Positions 58,805-64,000 of a stretch of DNA of 64,000 nucleotides are shown here, piece by piece (the stretch's first letter is position 1; every line of letters starts with the position of its first letter). The position numbers and the translations under genes are program-made. The notes under the pieces are model-generated. The model did no database searches. It saw only the letters and a list, made by a program, of their open reading frames with translations, and was not told the origin of the DNA. This DNA comes from Octopus vulgaris (Eukaryota): the NCBI GenBank assembly GCA_951406725.2, contig OX597832.1, forward strand, positions 30,008,001 through 30,072,000, read 5' to 3'.

Positions 58805-59110
58805 GTGTTATATTCATGCATATATATATATATATACATATATGCACGCTCACTTACATATTACATATATGATATCTTAAATGCATTTATCATTATTGGA
58901 GAAACGGAACGGGGCAGAGGGACCTACCTGCCCCCAAAATCAGGGTACCCATATTTTTTTTATGGGGTTTTTCCACGAGCAGCCTTCGAACGACTCCTCC
59001 CTATTCAGGATCACACATTGTTGAATTTTTTTTTGTTAGTTTGTTTCATGATGTCAATCTTGTTTACATGCAAAACCCTCACAACACACACACACACACA
59101 CACACACATA

Positions 59111-59148
<38 letters not shown>

Positions 59149-59245
59149 AACACACACACACACACTCAAACACATACATTCTTGTTTTGTCTTGTCCTGT
59201 ACATAATGTTTTTCTTAATGTAAACACTTTGTGGTTAATAAAGAA

Positions 59246-59296
<51 letters not shown>

Positions 59297-59514
59297 TCAT
59301 TGATCGGTGCTTAGGAAGATTGTAAACAATTCATCTATGTAAAGGTTGCAAAAAGACGGTGTTGGGTCTTTAAAAAAAAACCCCAGATAAATAGGCTTCA
59401 GATGAATGTGTTGGGTAGATTCCAGGAAAGAAAGGAAACAACACATGACATACAAACACACATACATACATACATACATACATACACACATACATGTCTA
59501 TCTATCTATCTATA

Positions 59515-59938
<424 letters not shown>

Positions 59939-59974
59939 TTATATATCACAACTCGTGTTCCACATCTCCTTTTT

Positions 59975-60038
<64 letters not shown>

Positions 60039-60744
60039 AAATACATCAAGTACAGGACATCACCAACGAGTGAAAAATATGTAAAAACATATTAAGAGAC
60101 AAATACGGGGCAAAATACTACAAGAAGTCTAACACCTCCTCAGCTGTCGACTATTAATTACTCTCTATTTCGAACTTTCAGCGACTATATATATATATAT
60201 ATATACAGCTAGCTAGATAGATAGATTGATAGATTGACAAATAGATAAGTATACACATATCTATAGGTATATATATATATAGGAATATAGGTAAATAGAC
60301 AGATAGAGAGTTAAATAAATGGATAGAGAGAAGCATGGCTTAATGTTTCGTTTGGGAATAGTCATACTAATAACCTAGTTTTAGAATACAGTATACAATT
60401 GCTGAGGTATTTTCATATTTTGAGGCGGTGATTTTCTGTCTATATGTAAATGCTTTCCTAAATAAACCGGCACCTCATTTCAGAAACACCAACCGGATGC
60501 ACAAGCGTCCTATAGCAGAAACAACTGTAAGCTAATGAAGTCCATTGCATATTTTCATATATATATACATCTATCCATACATACATACATACATACAGAG
60601 AGAGAGAGAGAGGGGTGGGATAGATACATAAACATACACACAATATATATATACACACATAACACATATATGTATATATGCGTACCTGCACTGTGGCATA
60701 TATACCATGCGTGCGTTTATATATACATATTCATATATATTCAT

Positions 60745-60784
<40 letters not shown>

Positions 60785-60912
60785 CACACACACACATATA
60801 CATATATATATATATACACATACACAGACAAAATATGTATATACCAACGCTAATATATTAAAATATGTGCATATATATATATATTATATATATATGTATA
60901 TATATATATATG

Positions 60913-61000
<88 letters not shown>

Positions 61001-61012
61001 TATATATATGTA

Positions 61013-61053
<41 letters not shown>

Positions 61054-61602
61054 TGGTAAATCACTGTTGATGGAGCAGTAAGTAGTATTGCAATCTTTGG
61101 CAATTGGTCGGTGGGTGTGTATTTGTGCGCCTCGTAGAAGAAGAACCGCGTCTGCCGAATATTGCAGCTGAGTTGTCGAAGAGTTTTCTGAAAATTATAG
61201 AATACACACACACGCACGCGCACGCCCCCGATCAAGTATATACACATGCCGTGTTTGCTCATCTTAGCTACATAGAAGATGCTTGTGAAGATGGGAGTAT
61301 AAATGCATATATATATATAATATATGTATATATATAATAAGGTGAAGATGTGTGTATAAATGTATATATATAACATATATTATATATATACATAACGTAT
61401 ATAATACATACTTATACACACACGCACATGTGCATGTATGTATATATAGTATAATATAAGATGATATAACGTAATGTGTTATAATGAAATATATTTATAT
61501 ATCTATACACACACATATAAATATCCATATACATATGTGTGCATATTTATACACATATGTATTTGTATATATATATATATATATAAATATATATATATAT
61601 AT

Positions 61603-61654
<52 letters not shown>

Positions 61655-61932
61655 ATGTATGTATATATGTATATATATATATATATGCACACAATCCATT
61701 TATAACTAGATTGATAGAAAATTCTGTCCCATGCCTCTCTGTTCCTTTCTCTCTCTTTGTCTCTCTTTCCCTCGTTGTGTGTGTGTGTGTGTTTGTGTAC
61801 ATCTATGTGTATGTATATTAAATCTCTTACCCATATGAAGAAGTACACTTTTCGTAATGAAATTATATCCAAGACATACAAATACGCAACAATTAAACGT
61901 ATACCGATCTCTGTATCGATCTGTGAAACTAC

Positions 61933-61978
<46 letters not shown>

Positions 61979-62093
61979 ACACACCCACACTCACACACAC
62001 ACATACACACACACGCACCAATACACACGCACACCCATGCATACATACGCACACACATACCCATATCCATATATTAATATATATGTGTGTGTA

Positions 62094-62124
<31 letters not shown>

Positions 62125-62628
62125 TTATAGCATTTTTATGAGCGCCACAACTTATATCAGTACACACTTGTGCACATCATATATATATATATGCATGTAT
62201 GTATGTCTATTATATACATACACGCATATATATATATATATATGTCCTATTCAATTGCCTCTCTATCGATCGGCACATGTACTTTCATATCTATTTATAT
62301 TCTCCAACAGACGAAGAGAGACTCGCACGAACACAAACGTATATAAAGAAAATGTAGAGTAATCTATAATCCAAACATACACACACCTACACTCGTCATT
62401 ACCTCTGCAAACACATATATTAAGCATGTGCTTCTACATAAATACACACTTACGCCTACATATATAAATGCATATAAATGTGATATATACATACATACAC
62501 ACACATATGTATATATATATGTGTGTGCGTATGATATACATATACACACATATAATATACATGTGCTATTCATATATGTGTTATGCATATATGTATGTTT
62601 ATATGTATCTGCTTTGTTCTCTTCCCAC

Positions 62629-63450
<822 letters not shown>

Positions 63451-63584
63451 GCATAGTTGTATTTATAAAGAAATATTTCACAGAGACGTAGATATACATA
63501 TGTGTGTGTGAGAGCATGTGCGTGGTGTGTGTGAAAGAGAGAGAAAGAAAGATATAGAGAGAAAAAAAGAGAGAGAAAGAAGGG

Positions 63585-63631
<47 letters not shown>

Positions 63632-64000
63632 GTACATATCTATTGTTAAGTCCACATCATCTGTCAGATGAATATGAAAGAGGAATATTTTCTGGGAACT
63701 GAGCAGATCATTGATTCGTGCTGACTGCTGTCCAGAAGCGTCTCGTGTGATGTGTTGAAGCCTCGCCAAGAAGTGACAGACTCGGTTCTAGGTTAATCTA
63801 GACATGTCAATCACTTCATCAGTGGCAATCGGGTTTCAAATTGGAGGCCAAGCAATTAGAAATTTGACATAGCTTCAGTAAAGAGGAGTGAAAAGGGGTG
63901 AGAAGAATGGTAAAAAAGAAAAAGATTGAAGGAACGAAACTGTGATTGGAGGAAGATTTCGCTGGAGGTTAGTGGATTTATTGACACCAACTTGTATTGA

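Overview
Eukaryotic, very microsatellite-rich genomic DNA. The (TA)n/(CA)n/(TATC)n/(ATT)n/(TAG)n density and the SINE families look like a coleoid cephalopod (Octopus-like); this is inference, not a database result. Almost all ORFs in the supplied track are translated simple repeats. One protein-coding exon is convincing: 32742/32751-33144 (+), starting MERLTEFVSKSFD, which matches the N-terminus of SHOX/SHOX2 homeobox proteins (MEELTAFVSKSFD) and ends at a canonical CAG|GTAAGT donor. A putative promoter and uATG-rich 5' non-coding exon lie at about 31.0-31.4 kb. I found no homeobox exon, so the remaining ~31 kb appears to be intron. The rest is TE debris: several tRNA-derived SINE families, Tx1/L1-like, RTE, Hero-like and R4/Dong-like non-LTR relics, a mariner relic, a hAT MITE, a Helentron-type element and a 283-bp foldback. 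The most unusual signals are short (TA)n-embedded elements with minimal hammerhead-ribozyme-like motifs, a 13-unit GTCACGTGAC (E-box) array about 8 kb upstream of the putative Shox promoter, a U1-like fragment and two pre-miRNA-like hairpins. None of these is demonstrated to be a new biological system.
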